A model generated the notes under the pieces. It was given only the letters and a program-made list of their open reading frames with translations. It had not been told where the DNA came from and did not search any database. A DNA stretch of 64,000 nt. It comes from Vulcanimicrobiota bacterium (lineage in GTDB: Bacteria > Vulcanimicrobiota > Xenobia > Xenobiales > JADMJV01). The translations under genes and the position numbers were made by a program. Shown here piece after piece: positions 50,516 to 60,172 of the stretch (its first letter is position 1; each line of letters begins with the position of its first letter). The stretch is from the NCBI GenBank assembly GCA_050250895.1, contig JBFWNU010000001.1, positions 520,008 through 584,007 on the forward strand, in the 5' to 3' direction.

Positions 50516-51089
50516 GGCCTTGGGGCTCGTCAGGGGCCGAGAAGATGGGCTCGAGTTCCAGGCTCAGATTCGGCAGAAGCTTGGACTGAAGGCGCTGGTC
50601 GACGCCAAACGTCTTCCAGCACTCGAGCTCTGCATCCTGACTGGCCACGTGGACCTCGATGGTGTTCGCGGCGGGGTCCACCAGCCATAGCTCTTGAGCC
50701 CCGTAACGCGAGTAAGTGGACCGTTTGACTCCGCGGTCGCGCTTTTCGGTAGCCGGCGAGAGGGTCTCGACCACCAGGTCAGGGCAACCCTGAAGAAACT
50801 TGGGCTTGATGATGCTCTTTCGACCCCGGGCAAGGACCACGAGGTCGGGCTGCAACACGTCATGCTCGGAGAGTTTGACGTCGATTGGAGCATTGAACAG
50901 TAACCCCCACCTGGTTTCGCGTAGATAGAGTTCCAGAGCAAATTGCAGCTCGCGCGAGATCCATTGATGGCGGGTCGTCGGGGCTGGTGTTATCCTGAAG
51001 AAGTCTCCGTCTAGAAGCTCGAACCGCAGCCCCTCAGGCAACTGAGTGTAGTGCTCATAGGTGAATTTGTGCTTGGACTCGACGGCCAT
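50472..51089 (-). CDS. Uma2-family endonuclease
   Basis: ELLDG, PAPTTRHQ, LQPDLVV, PDLVVETLSP, DRGVK..Y, WLVDP. Confidence 0.92.
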   Translation of the reverse strand: MAVESKHKFTYEHYTQLPEGLRFELLDGDFFRITPAPTTRHQWISRELQFALELYLRETRWGLLFNAPIDVKLSEHDVLQPDLVVLARGRKSIIKPKFLQGCPDLVVETLSPATEKRDRGVKRSTYSRYGAQELWLVDPAANTIEVHVASQDAELECWKTFGVDQRLQSKLLPNLSLELEPIFSAPDEPQGPSRHPQPAEKPGPS

Positions 51090-51141
51090 AGTCTGATTTT
51101 AGCAAGCGATGCCAGTCACAGCAAGTTCTTCCGGGTCAGGG

Positions 51142-51168
51142 TTACGAAGCTCAGGCCGGTGCCGATAA
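51142..51168 (+). promoter_or_regulatory. sigma-28 promoter of flagellin
   Basis: TTAC-N15-GCCGATAA with a perfect -10. Confidence 0.75.
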
Positions 51169-51246
51169 CCCCAACCGGAAGGAGTTTCTCCCGGGACCTG
51201 CTCTCGCAAAATTCGCCGTCCCGCGATCTTCGGGCTTTCGAGCCCC

Positions 51247-51303
51247 GGGCGACAAGGATGTCGCTCGCTCACAGAGAGCGTGAGGAAGCACTCAAGGAGG
51301 AGT
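51247..51303 (+). promoter_or_regulatory. CsrA-binding sites in the flagellin leader
   Basis: Hairpin GCGACA-AGGA-TGTCGC (ACAAGGATGT consensus), a second GTG-AGGAAG-CAC loop, and CAAGGAGG over the SD. Confidence 0.8.
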
Positions 51304-51310
51304 AACAAAC

Positions 51311-53164
51311 ATGGGTTTCAGAATCAACCAGAACATCGGCGCGATGGTCGCGCTGAACAACTTGCAGCAGAACGACATGTCGATCAGTAAATCGATCGAA
51401 CGTCTCTCGACCGGCTTGCGCATCGTTCGCGGCGCCGACGACCCGTCTGGACTGGTCATCTCGGAGCGCTTTCGCGCCCAGGTGGAAGGTCTCGGACAGG
51501 CGGTCAGCAACGCCAAAGACGGTATCAACATGGTTCAGACTGCGGAAGGTGCGCTCGACGAGGTCAGCCAGGTGCTGCGCAATATGCGCAACGTGGCGGT
51601 TCACGCGGCCAACACCGGCCCCAACGACGCAGCCACCCTCGAAGCTGACCAGAACCAGATGCGTGAAGCCATCAAGACCCTGGACCGCATCGCCAGCCAG
51701 ACCCAATTCGGTGCCAAGAAGGTGCTCGATGGTTCGGCCGGCGTAACGGGCACGGTCACCAACGCCAACGTCAGGTTCGTATCGGGAACCACCAAGACTG
51801 CCGATGGCACCTACGCGGTGAATATCACCACCGCCGCCGCCAAGGGCAAGGTGACCTCGAACGCCAACGGTGGCGCGGCCGTGGCTCGCGGCACTCAGAA
51901 CACCACCGGGGCTAACGCCACCGACGGCAACGCTCTGACCGGTGCCGAGACCCTCACCATCACGGGAGCCATGTCCGGTGGCGCTAACATCGCCATCGCT
52001 CTGACCACCGGCGACGACGTCGACGACATGATCGACAAGATCAACCAGAACGCCGATGTCAAGTCGGCTGGTCTGACCGCCTCCAACGTGGGTGGCAAGA
52101 TCCAGCTGGCCTCTGATCGACTCGGAGCGGGAACCGCCGCCGAGCTCGACATGACCATCACCAACGCCAACGGCGGGACGGCCGTGAGTGGCCTGGCCGC
52201 TGCTGGCGCCAACACCTACTCCCAAGACGATGCCACCGGCGCGACCAAGCTGCGCAATGACGAGTTGCTGACCTTCTCGAACGGCACCAACACCGTCAAC
52301 GTCTCTTTGACCGCCGGTATGACCACTGCAGCCGCGGTGAGCGCCATCAATACCGCCCTCGACAACGCGGGCATCGGCGTCACGGCCGGCTTCGACAGCA
52401 CCGACGCGGTGTTTACCCTCGAGAACGATGCTTACGGCTCGAGCAGCACCGTGTCCAACACCTTCTCGTCGAACTTGTCGGGCGCTAACAGCACCGGACT
52501 AGCCGGCGCAGCGGGCACCAGCTACAACATCGCTGGCTCCGGCGCGGCCCTTTCGGGCGCGGACGGTTCTGACGGTGCCGACGTAGCCGGGACCATCGGC
52601 GGCTTTGCGGCTACCGGTTCGGGCCAGTTCCTGACCGGCAACGCAGGCACCGACGTAGAAGGACTCGAGATCAAAGTCAGCGGTGGTGGCACCGGCGCTC
52701 ACGGAACGGTGACCGCCGCCAACAACTCGCTGACCTTCCAAATCGGCGCCTTCGCCGACCAGACCGCCACCCTCGCCATCGGAGCGATGACCTCCACCAG
52801 TCTCGGAACCGACGCCGCTGGCGTCAGCATCATGAGTTCGGTGAGCGTGTCTAACATCGATGTCTCGTCGGGTGACGGCCAGGGCGCGCAGGATGCCATC
52901 AAGGTCCTCGACGCCGCCATCTCCCAGGTCTCCAAGCTCCGCTCTCAGATCGGTTCGTTCCAAAAGGACATCCTCGAGAGCACCGTGCGGACCCTGGGCG
53001 TGGCCAAGCAGAACCTGGCTTCCAGCGAATCGAACATCCGCGACGCTGACTTTGCGGCCGAGATGATGACCTTCTCTCGCTCGCAGATCCTCAGCCAGAC
53101 CGGTATGTCGATGTTGACCCAGGCCAACCAGGCCGGCCAGTCCGTCCTGAGTCTGTTCCGATAA
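51311..53164 (+). CDS. fliC: flagellin
   Basis: FRINQNI, ERLSTGLRI...DDPSGL, QTAEGALDE, ESNIRDADFAAE. Confidence 0.96.
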   Translation: MGFRINQNIGAMVALNNLQQNDMSISKSIERLSTGLRIVRGADDPSGLVISERFRAQVEGLGQAVSNAKDGINMVQTAEGALDEVSQVLRNMRNVAVHAANTGPNDAATLEADQNQMREAIKTLDRIASQTQFGAKKVLDGSAGVTGTVTNANVRFVSGTTKTADGTYAVNITTAAAKGKVTSNANGGAAVARGTQNTTGANATDGNALTGAETLTITGAMSGGANIAIALTTGDDVDDMIDKINQNADVKSAGLTASNVGGKIQLASDRLGAGTAAELDMTITNANGGTAVSGLAAAGANTYSQDDATGATKLRNDELLTFSNGTNTVNVSLTAGMTTAAAVSAINTALDNAGIGVTAGFDSTDAVFTLENDAYGSSSTVSNTFSSNLSGANSTGLAGAAGTSYNIAGSGAALSGADGSDGADVAGTIGGFAATGSGQFLTGNAGTDVEGLEIKVSGGGTGAHGTVTAANNSLTFQIGAFADQTATLAIGAMTSTSLGTDAAGVSIMSSVSVSNIDVSSGDGQGAQDAIKVLDAAISQVSKLRSQIGSFQKDILESTVRTLGVAKQNLASSESNIRDADFAAEMMTFSRSQILSQTGMSMLTQANQAGQSVLSLFR

Positions 53165-53173
53165 ACCTAGCTC

Positions 53174-53225
53174 GGGCCGGGGGGGGACCCCCCGTATCAT
53201 GCCCCCTCCGGCCCATTTCTTTTCT
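53174..53225 (+). terminator. intrinsic terminator after fliC
   Basis: GGGCCGGGGGGG...CCCCCTCCGGCCC followed by ATTTCTTTTCT. Confidence 0.7.
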
Positions 53226-53239
53226 GAGAGGAGCCCACC

Positions 53240-54637
53240 GTGGCCGTCACCTCCACATCCAATTCAGGCTTTCAAGTCAGCGGCATCATCTCGGGCCTCG
53301 ACACCGATGGAATCATCCAGAGCCTGGTCGGCATCGAGAAAGCGCCCTTGACCAACCTGGACGAACGCGAGGCGGAGTATAACAACGAGCTGACTGCCTG
53401 GCGCTCCTTGAACACGCGCCTGCTGGCCATGGATACCACCGCCAGTCGGCTGACCTCCGACACGCTCTATGAAGCCCGCAAAGCCTCTCTCTCGGATTCA
53501 GCGGCGGCCACCGTGATAGCCTCACCGGGCAAGGACCTGGGTACCTTCAGCTTCTCGGTCGAGAGCCTGGCCACCCGTCACCAACAGATTTCTCAAGGTT
53601 TCGCCGAGACGACTTCGTCGGTGGGCTCGGGGACCATCACCATCAAGATTGGCAGTGCCCAATTCAATCCCATCACCATCGACAGCCAAAACTCGACCCT
53701 GGCCGGCGTGCGCGACGCCATCAACCAGGCCAATGTGGGAGTCACCGCCTCCATCGTCGACTCGGGCGAAGCCGCCGGGAGCGACCGTTATCACCTGATC
53801 CTCAACAGCAAGAACACCGGCACCAAAGGAGCCATGGACATCAGCTTCAACCTGGCCGGTGGCACCGCCCCGGCCCTGTCCGATTTGCAAACGGCCGCCG
53901 ACGCAACCATCAAGTTCGGTAAGGGCGCCAACGCCATTACCATCACCTCGAGCAGCAACACCATCAGCGACGTGCTGCCCGGCGTCACGCTCGACCTCAA
54001 ACAGGCCAAACCGGGCGAGTCGATCGACCTGACCATCAGCTCGGACCGCACCGCCGCGCGCACGGCCGTGACCAACTTCCTCAGTCAATTCAACGCCATG
54101 TCGGATTTCTTCAAAGAGCAATTCGAATACGATGCGGCCACCGGAGCGACCGGCACTCTGTTCGGCGACGCGGGTCTGCTCTCACTACAGGATCAGCTCT
54201 CGAGCACCGTCACCTCCACCCGTTACGTCAAGGGCGACTACTACTCTCTGGCCCAGATCGGTATCACGCTGGACCAGGGCGGGCATCTGTCCATCAGCGA
54301 CGAGGCTGCCTTCTCGAAGGCCCTCGAAAATCCCGAGTCACTGAAAGCCCTGTTCAACGATTCGAGTCACGGCGTCATCACCAAGACCCGCAAACTCATC
54401 GACCAGACCAAGACCGTCTCGACCGGACTGGTCGACATTCAAGAAAAGAGTATCAACACCGAACTCGAGGCCATCCACGACAAGCGCCTCGATATTCTGC
54501 GCCGGGCCGACGCCACCGAGCTCTTGCTACGAAAGCAATTCGCCGCCATGGAAACGGCTCTGGCCGCCCTACGCTCTCAAAGTTCTCAACTAGCCAGCCA
54601 GATTAGCAGCGCGACGGTCTCGACCTCGGGCACTTAG
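53240..54637 (+). CDS. fliD: filament cap protein FliD
   Basis: SGIISGLDT, SSSNTISDVLPGVTLDLK, G.LFGD, QFAAME. Confidence 0.93.
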   Translation: MAVTSTSNSGFQVSGIISGLDTDGIIQSLVGIEKAPLTNLDEREAEYNNELTAWRSLNTRLLAMDTTASRLTSDTLYEARKASLSDSAAATVIASPGKDLGTFSFSVESLATRHQQISQGFAETTSSVGSGTITIKIGSAQFNPITIDSQNSTLAGVRDAINQANVGVTASIVDSGEAAGSDRYHLILNSKNTGTKGAMDISFNLAGGTAPALSDLQTAADATIKFGKGANAITITSSSNTISDVLPGVTLDLKQAKPGESIDLTISSDRTAARTAVTNFLSQFNAMSDFFKEQFEYDAATGATGTLFGDAGLLSLQDQLSSTVTSTRYVKGDYYSLAQIGITLDQGGHLSISDEAAFSKALENPESLKALFNDSSHGVITKTRKLIDQTKTVSTGLVDIQEKSINTELEAIHDKRLDILRRADATELLLRKQFAAMETALAALRSQSSQLASQISSATVSTSGT

Positions 54638-54651
54638 AACGGAGGATCTCG

Positions 54652-55035
54652 ATGAACAACCTGGCCAAGAAGTATAGAAACGTCCAGCATTCGACTACCG
54701 ACAAAGGTGGCGTGCTCCTGCTCTTGCACGATGGAATCCTGCGAGAGTTACGCAAAGCTCAAGAGGCCTTCTCGGAGCCCCAGGGAGGCGAACTCAGCCT
54801 GCTAAAAGCCCAGATGGGGGTGGTGGAGCTCGACCGCACTCTCAACTTCGAGGCCGGACCCGAGCTGGCCGACAGTCTGCACAACCTTTACCTGCATATG
54901 CTGTGGGTCATGTCCGAGGCCCTGGAAAAGCGCGACGCTCTGGGACTGGTCCCGGTCATCAAGATGCTCACCGAGTTGCGCGAGGCCTGGTCGGTGGCCT
55001 GCACCGAGACGCGCCAGGCCAAGAGAGCGGTCTAG
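54652..55035 (+). CDS. fliS: flagellin chaperone FliS
   Basis: LLLHDG, EL..TLN..G.ELA..L..LY, ELREAW. Confidence 0.88.
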   Translation: MNNLAKKYRNVQHSTTDKGGVLLLLHDGILRELRKAQEAFSEPQGGELSLLKAQMGVVELDRTLNFEAGPELADSLHNLYLHMLWVMSEALEKRDALGLVPVIKMLTELREAWSVACTETRQAKRAV

Positions 55036-55037
55036 CC

Positions 55038-55328
55038 ATGGAACTGTTCTCAGTGGGCGACGAGCTGCTGCGGGCCTTGCAGCAACCCGAGCCGAACGTC
55101 AACGAGATCCTCCGGCTCGTGAACTGCCGTCAGGGCTGGCTCGACGCGGCCGTGGTCAAAGGCCTGTCGCAGGGCGACCAGCAGCGCCTGGTGGAACAGG
55201 ACCGACAACTGGTGCGCAGCGCTCACCATTGCTGGCAAAGCCTGGGCGACGCCCTCACCCGGGTGGGTCCGGCCAAACGCCTCAAAGCTCGGGGCAAGCC
55301 CAGTCGCTTTATCGACTGCCGCACCTGA
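55038..55328 (+). CDS. small helical protein, FliT-like by position
   Basis: Immediately follows fliS; LVN.RQ..L, FID at the C-terminus. Confidence 0.5.
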   Translation: MELFSVGDELLRALQQPEPNVNEILRLVNCRQGWLDAAVVKGLSQGDQQRLVEQDRQLVRSAHHCWQSLGDALTRVGPAKRLKARGKPSRFIDCRT

Positions 55329-55816
55329 CCAAAGAGAATAGACGAGGCGCTAGCGACCTCAGCAGTGCGGCAAGCCTCCTCTCTCAAGCTATTCTCGTCA
55401 CCTTAGGACTGGCCGGCAATCCCGCCGGCCTTTTGCCTTGGCTGCCGGGGCTGACCTGCGGGCTGGCCGGGCTGGCCGGCTGCTGTCGACGAAGATGAAC
55501 CGGCAACGGTGGTGAGCCTGGGCTCTGGGGCCTTCTGGCCTATTTCTGGACCGCGTCTGCTGGTGGTCATGATCTCTTTGGCCAGCGACCGCGCTACTCC
55601 GGCGTCGGCTCGGCGGCGGGTATGTGGGTGCTTGGCCTGGTGGCCTTCGACCGGACCACTCGTCGCCTCGAGCGTGAGGCCAAAGAGGCGCTGGCATCCA
55701 GGCTTAGCGAAGCGGAACGCCAGCACCTCGACCGGTTTAGGCCGCCTGCTCTTCGAACAACGCAAACTGACCCGGGGGCGCCGTCCCCGGGTCAGTCATC
55801 CGCGCTGTCGGTTCCC

Positions 55817-56608
55817 CTAATGAGCGACTTTGAGCGTCTCCAGGCTGGTGTTCTCGAGGTACTCCCGAAGCTTCTTGAGAGCTCTTCCGTGCAACTGCGA
55901 GACACGGGCTTCGGAGACTTCGAGGATGGCCGCGATCTCGCGGATGTTGAGGTCCTCGAAGTAATACAGCGATAACAACAGACGGTCCCTCTCCTTGAGG
56001 ATCTTGAGGCCCTCTTTGAGCAGTTGTTTCTTGGTGGCCTTGTCGGCCAGGGCGTCCACGCTCGGGCCTTCGTCGGCCAGCGAATCCAACCATGTCTCGC
56101 CCTCTTCGTTGCGCAGGCGCGACTCTTGCAAAGAACCCACGAAGCCCGTCTTGCTCTCGTTGCGACGGCGCTCGATCTCGTTCTCGGTGATACCCATCTC
56201 GGCGGCCAGCTCGACCCGTTCGGGATAGCGTCCCAGGCGATGACAGAGGGTCTCTTCAGCCTGGTTGAGTTCGCGTAAGCGGCGGCGCGCACCTCGACTA
56301 GCGAAGTCCTTGCTGCGCAGGGCATCCAGGATGGCACCGCGGATGCGGTTGGAGACGAAAGTCTTGAATTGAATTCCCTTACTGGGATCAAAGCGATGCA
56401 GGGCGTCCATTAGCCCCACCACTCCATCGTGAAGCAGGTCCTCTGTATCTACATGACTTGGTAGCGTCATGGCGATTCTCGAGGCGATGTGTTTGACCAG
56501 GCCCGCGTGCTTTTTGGCATACAGGTCCCGCTCTTCTGGACTCAGGCGATTCTTCTCGGCGCTCGCTCCCATTTGGCGATTCCTCCTATCCGATTTCGCT
56601 TGTATCAT
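55817..56608 (-). CDS. fliA: sigma-28 factor FliA/SigD
   Basis: LPSHVD.EDL..G..GL, FDPSKG, RIRGAILDALR, EARVSQLH. Confidence 0.94.
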   Translation of the reverse strand: MIQAKSDRRNRQMGASAEKNRLSPEERDLYAKKHAGLVKHIASRIAMTLPSHVDTEDLLHDGVVGLMDALHRFDPSKGIQFKTFVSNRIRGAILDALRSKDFASRGARRRLRELNQAEETLCHRLGRYPERVELAAEMGITENEIERRRNESKTGFVGSLQESRLRNEEGETWLDSLADEGPSVDALADKATKKQLLKEGLKILKERDRLLLSLYYFEDLNIREIAAILEVSEARVSQLHGRALKKLREYLENTSLETLKVAH

Positions 56609-56793
56609 TGCCAGCCGAGGGCCAACCCCCTTGAGAGGGATCCAGAATGCGGGTTTCCCCTCCCGAGGTCGTACAAGTACGCCCTCGGGAGGGTGGTTTT
56701 CATACCGGCCTCTACACCGTCTATCCCCACTACAAGCAGCCTCTGGCCAGACCTATGATGGAGCCACAAGAGAGACACGGAGGACGGAACAAA

Positions 56794-57384
56794 ATGGGGA
56801 CTCACAAGATGGAATACACGCAAGAGCAGCTGGTGGAGATCGTGGAAGGCGCCCAGGCCGGCGACCAGACAGACTGCCAGATCCTTTTCGAGAAATTCGA
56901 GGGCTACGCCCACTACCTGACCCGGCGCTTCTTCCTGCCCGGGGCCGAGAAGGAAGACCTGTTCCAAGAGGCCGTGGCCGGCTTCGCCAAAGCCCTCGAC
57001 GGCTATCGCGCCCAGCACGGCACCCGGGTAGAAGACTACTTCTGCATGTGCATGCGCAACTCGGTAGTGGCCAGTGTGCGCAAGGCCACGCGCAAGAAAC
57101 AGCAGGTACTCTCTGACGCCACCGCCCTGGAAGATGTGGTGCCGGTAGCCTCCTCGACCTGGTCACCCGAGCGTGTGGTGGAAGGCAAAATGGCCTTCGA
57201 GCAAATGCTGCGCGGTCTGAAAGAAGCTCTATCCAGCCTGGAATTCGAAGCTCTGTTCGCCCGCATCCGCGGTATCACGGTAGCCGAAATCGGCGAGGCC
57301 ATGGGTATCTCGCCGAAAACCGTCGAGAACGCCCTTTTCCGGGCTCGCCACAAAGCTCGCAAGGTTGCAATCGCTATGGCTTAG
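56794..57384 (+). CDS. sigH: SigH-like sigma factor
   Basis: FFLPGAEKEDLFQE, A.RKKQQ.L, LSSLE, KTVENALFRAR.K. Confidence 0.75.
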   Translation: MGTHKMEYTQEQLVEIVEGAQAGDQTDCQILFEKFEGYAHYLTRRFFLPGAEKEDLFQEAVAGFAKALDGYRAQHGTRVEDYFCMCMRNSVVASVRKATRKKQQVLSDATALEDVVPVASSTWSPERVVEGKMAFEQMLRGLKEALSSLEFEALFARIRGITVAEIGEAMGISPKTVENALFRARHKARKVAIAMA

Positions 57385-57387
57385 GCC

Positions 57388-57414
57388 TTTAGCTCTCGGG
57401 GTTTGGACCGATAA
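57388..57414 (+). promoter_or_regulatory. sigma-28 promoter for motAB
   Basis: TTTA-N15-ACCGATAA. Confidence 0.7.
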
Positions 57415-57456
57415 CCTCCGTAAGAACCGGAACACCGGACTTACGGAGGTTTCTTC

Positions 57457-58326
57457 ATGCTGATCATTGTTGGGGTGATTGTCGTCTTTGGCTGCGTGGC
57501 CGGGGGTTTCGCCATGCACCACGGACCATTCGGGGTGCTTTGGCAGCCCTCAGAGTTCGTCATCATCGGCGGCGCAGCCCTGGGCTCGATGATCATTATG
57601 GCTCCCGGTCACGTGCTCAAAGAAATCTTGCACGGTCTCATCGGCCTGCTCAAGGGCAAGAGCGGCGGGAAAGCCCAGATGCTGGGCTTGCTGGCCACCC
57701 TCTTCCATCTGGTAAAGGTTGGGTCGTATCAGGGCAGCAACGGTCTCGAGCCCCACGTCGAGAACCCGGAAAGTAGCGACATCATCAGCAAGAATCACGA
57801 CCTGGTGCACGACCACCACGTCATCGAGTTCTTGTGTGATACGCTCAAAGTCATCATCATCGGGGGCGTGCCCGAGCACCAGATCGCCGAACTGACCGAC
57901 ATGAGCCTCGATGTCCACTCGGAGGAGGCTCATCACCCACCGGCCGTCCTGACCAAGATTGCCGACTCCCTTCCAGGTATGGGAATCGTCGCGGCCGTGC
58001 TGGGCATCATCATTACGATGCAGCACATCGATGGCGAACCCGCCGAGATCGGCCACAGCGTAGCCGCCGCCCTGGTAGGAACCTTCCTCGGTATTCTGAT
58101 GGCCTACGGGGTCATCGGCCCCCTGGCGTCCAAGCTCGAATTCGCCAGCCATGAGACTCACTTCAAACTCAACGCGGTGCGCGGCTGCGTGCTGGCCTAC
58201 GCCCGCGGGCTGCATCCACTACTCTGCGCCGAATTTGGCCGCCGAGCCCTGCCTTCTCACCTTCGCCCGAGCTTTAGTGAACTAGAAGCCGCCTGTCGTG
58301 ACGGCGCATCAGTGGAGGCCGCATGA
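57457..58326 (+). CDS. motA: flagellar stator MotA
   Basis: QPSEFVIIGG, PGMGIVAAVLG, AALVGTFLGIL.AYG, EFGR. Confidence 0.95.
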   Translation: MLIIVGVIVVFGCVAGGFAMHHGPFGVLWQPSEFVIIGGAALGSMIIMAPGHVLKEILHGLIGLLKGKSGGKAQMLGLLATLFHLVKVGSYQGSNGLEPHVENPESSDIISKNHDLVHDHHVIEFLCDTLKVIIIGGVPEHQIAELTDMSLDVHSEEAHHPPAVLTKIADSLPGMGIVAAVLGIIITMQHIDGEPAEIGHSVAAALVGTFLGILMAYGVIGPLASKLEFASHETHFKLNAVRGCVLAYARGLHPLLCAEFGRRALPSHLRPSFSELEAACRDGASVEAA

Positions 58327-59189
58327 GCGACTTCGATGGACCTCCGATCATCGTCAAAAAGATCGTCAAGGGTGGTCACGGTCACCACGGTGGCAGTTGG
58401 AAGGTGGCCTACGCCGACTTCGTCACGGCCATGATGGCGCTCTTCATCGTGCTCTGGGTTATCGGACAGAGCGACCCGGTCAAGCAAGCCGTCTCGGAAT
58501 ACTTCATCGATCCCTCGCTGAGCCCCGAAGAGATCGCCATCAAATTGAGCCGGGCCAAGGCCGAAGCGGAAGAGATCAAGCCCGAGCCGATGCTCGAACC
58601 GCAAGAAGACAAGCCCGACGAAGAGATGGTCGATCTTGCCGACCGCATCCGCAATGCGCTCGAGGCCCTGGATTGGGAAGACAAACTCGAAGGCCAGATC
58701 ATCATCGAACTCACCGACGAAGGTCTGCGCATCGAACTGATCGACCTGGCCACGTCCCCCTTCTTCGACATCGGCAGCGCTCTGCCCAAGCCTCACACCC
58801 AGCAAGCCTTGCGCGCCATCGGTAAGCAATTGGCCAACAGCGACAAGCCGATCGCCCTGGAAGGCCATACCGACTCCAGGCCATTTCACAACGGGTACTA
58901 CGGCAATTGGGAACTCTCGGCCGACAGAGCCAACGCCGCCCGCCGCCTGCTGGAGGAAGCCGGCGTCTCGGCCAGTCGCATCCAGGCCGTGCGCGGCTAT
59001 GCCGACCAGCGCCTGCGGGACAAGAAGAACCCGATGAGCGCCAGCAATCGCCGCGTCAGTATCGTGGTTTTCCACAAAAAGCAACCCGGCTCGAAGAAGA
59101 AGCCACCCAGGGAGAAACACGACGAGTCTCACAGTGAGGACATCCACCCGAGCGAACGCCACGCCTCGACCGGCCCTCACGAAGACTAG
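58323..59189 (+). CDS. motB: flagellar stator MotB
   Basis: HHGGSWKVAYADFVTAMMALF, EGHTDS, NWELSADRAN, NRRVSI. Confidence 0.95.
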   Translation: MSDFDGPPIIVKKIVKGGHGHHGGSWKVAYADFVTAMMALFIVLWVIGQSDPVKQAVSEYFIDPSLSPEEIAIKLSRAKAEAEEIKPEPMLEPQEDKPDEEMVDLADRIRNALEALDWEDKLEGQIIIELTDEGLRIELIDLATSPFFDIGSALPKPHTQQALRAIGKQLANSDKPIALEGHTDSRPFHNGYYGNWELSADRANAARRLLEEAGVSASRIQAVRGYADQRLRDKKNPMSASNRRVSIVVFHKKQPGSKKKPPREKHDESHSEDIHPSERHASTGPHED

Positions 59190-59469
59190 ATCTTAGGGGA
59201 CCAACCCGCCGGGTCTGCTGGTCAGCTGTGGCGACCGCTCAGGCTCCCAGTGTGTGCCCGAGGACTGGTTGGTGACGCCTTCGCCGCTACTGGTCGAGGT
59301 GCCCGATCCCGACCTCAGCCTTGACCGTGACGAGGTGTTGGCCGCGCTACCGCCGCAACCGCCCCTCGACGAGGTACGAGAGTCGACACCCGAATACACC
59401 CGGGCTTGAGTCCGGGAATGGTTCTTCCGACCGGCAAGAATTTGTCGAGCAGACGCGAATGGGCGCCGA

Positions 59470-60168
59470 GTGAACGAAGTCCTGCGGTTCTTGCGGCTCG
59501 AGGGCGGAAACACCGATGTGCTTCCCCTCTGGGAGGTCATTTTGGCCCTCTGCGTCGCCCTGTTCTGCGCCCTGGTGATCGGGGCCACCTACCGCGCCTG
59601 CCATCGCAGTGCGGGATACTCCCAGTCCTACGTCCATTCGCTAGTGCTCACTTCGCTGGTCACGACCGTCATCATGATCGTGATCGGGTCCAATATTGCC
59701 CGAGCCTTCTCGCTGGTAGGCGCTCTCTCGATCATCCGCTTTCGCAATGCCATCAAAGAGACGCGCGACGTGGGCTACATCTTCTTTTCGATGGCCATGG
59801 CCATGGCCGCCGGAACGAGATTCTACGCCGTAGCGTTTGTGGCCACGGCGTTTATCTGCCTGACCTTGATGCTGCTGACCCGACTAGACTACGCATCAAG
59901 CCCGCTTGCGCCCGAGCGCCTCTTGAGAGTCCAAATGCCGGTGGGGGTCGATCCGGTTACCCTGCTTGACGCGACCTTCCAGAAGGTATTCACGAGCTAT
60001 AGCCTGGCCCTGGTGAGAACGGCCAAGCAGGGGCTGGCGGTCGAGGCCGTGTTTTCGGTTCGCCAGCGCCCTGACCTCAACGCGGTCGAGGTGCTAGAGC
60101 AGATCCGGGCGGCCGGCGAGAACATCAAAGTCACTTACCACTACGACTTTCACACCGAGGATGTCTGA
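59470..60168 (+). CDS. DUF4956 membrane protein
   Basis: IGSNIARAFSLVGALSIIRFR.AIK. Confidence 0.88.
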   Translation: MNEVLRFLRLEGGNTDVLPLWEVILALCVALFCALVIGATYRACHRSAGYSQSYVHSLVLTSLVTTVIMIVIGSNIARAFSLVGALSIIRFRNAIKETRDVGYIFFSMAMAMAAGTRFYAVAFVATAFICLTLMLLTRLDYASSPLAPERLLRVQMPVGVDPVTLLDATFQKVFTSYSLALVRTAKQGLAVEAVFSVRQRPDLNAVEVLEQIRAAGENIKVTYHYDFHTEDV

Positions 60169-60172
60169 CCAG

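Noticed and set aside
45786-51089. Prophage, defence island or integrative element
   Set aside because: No integrase, transposase, phage genes, flanking att repeats or obvious composition shift
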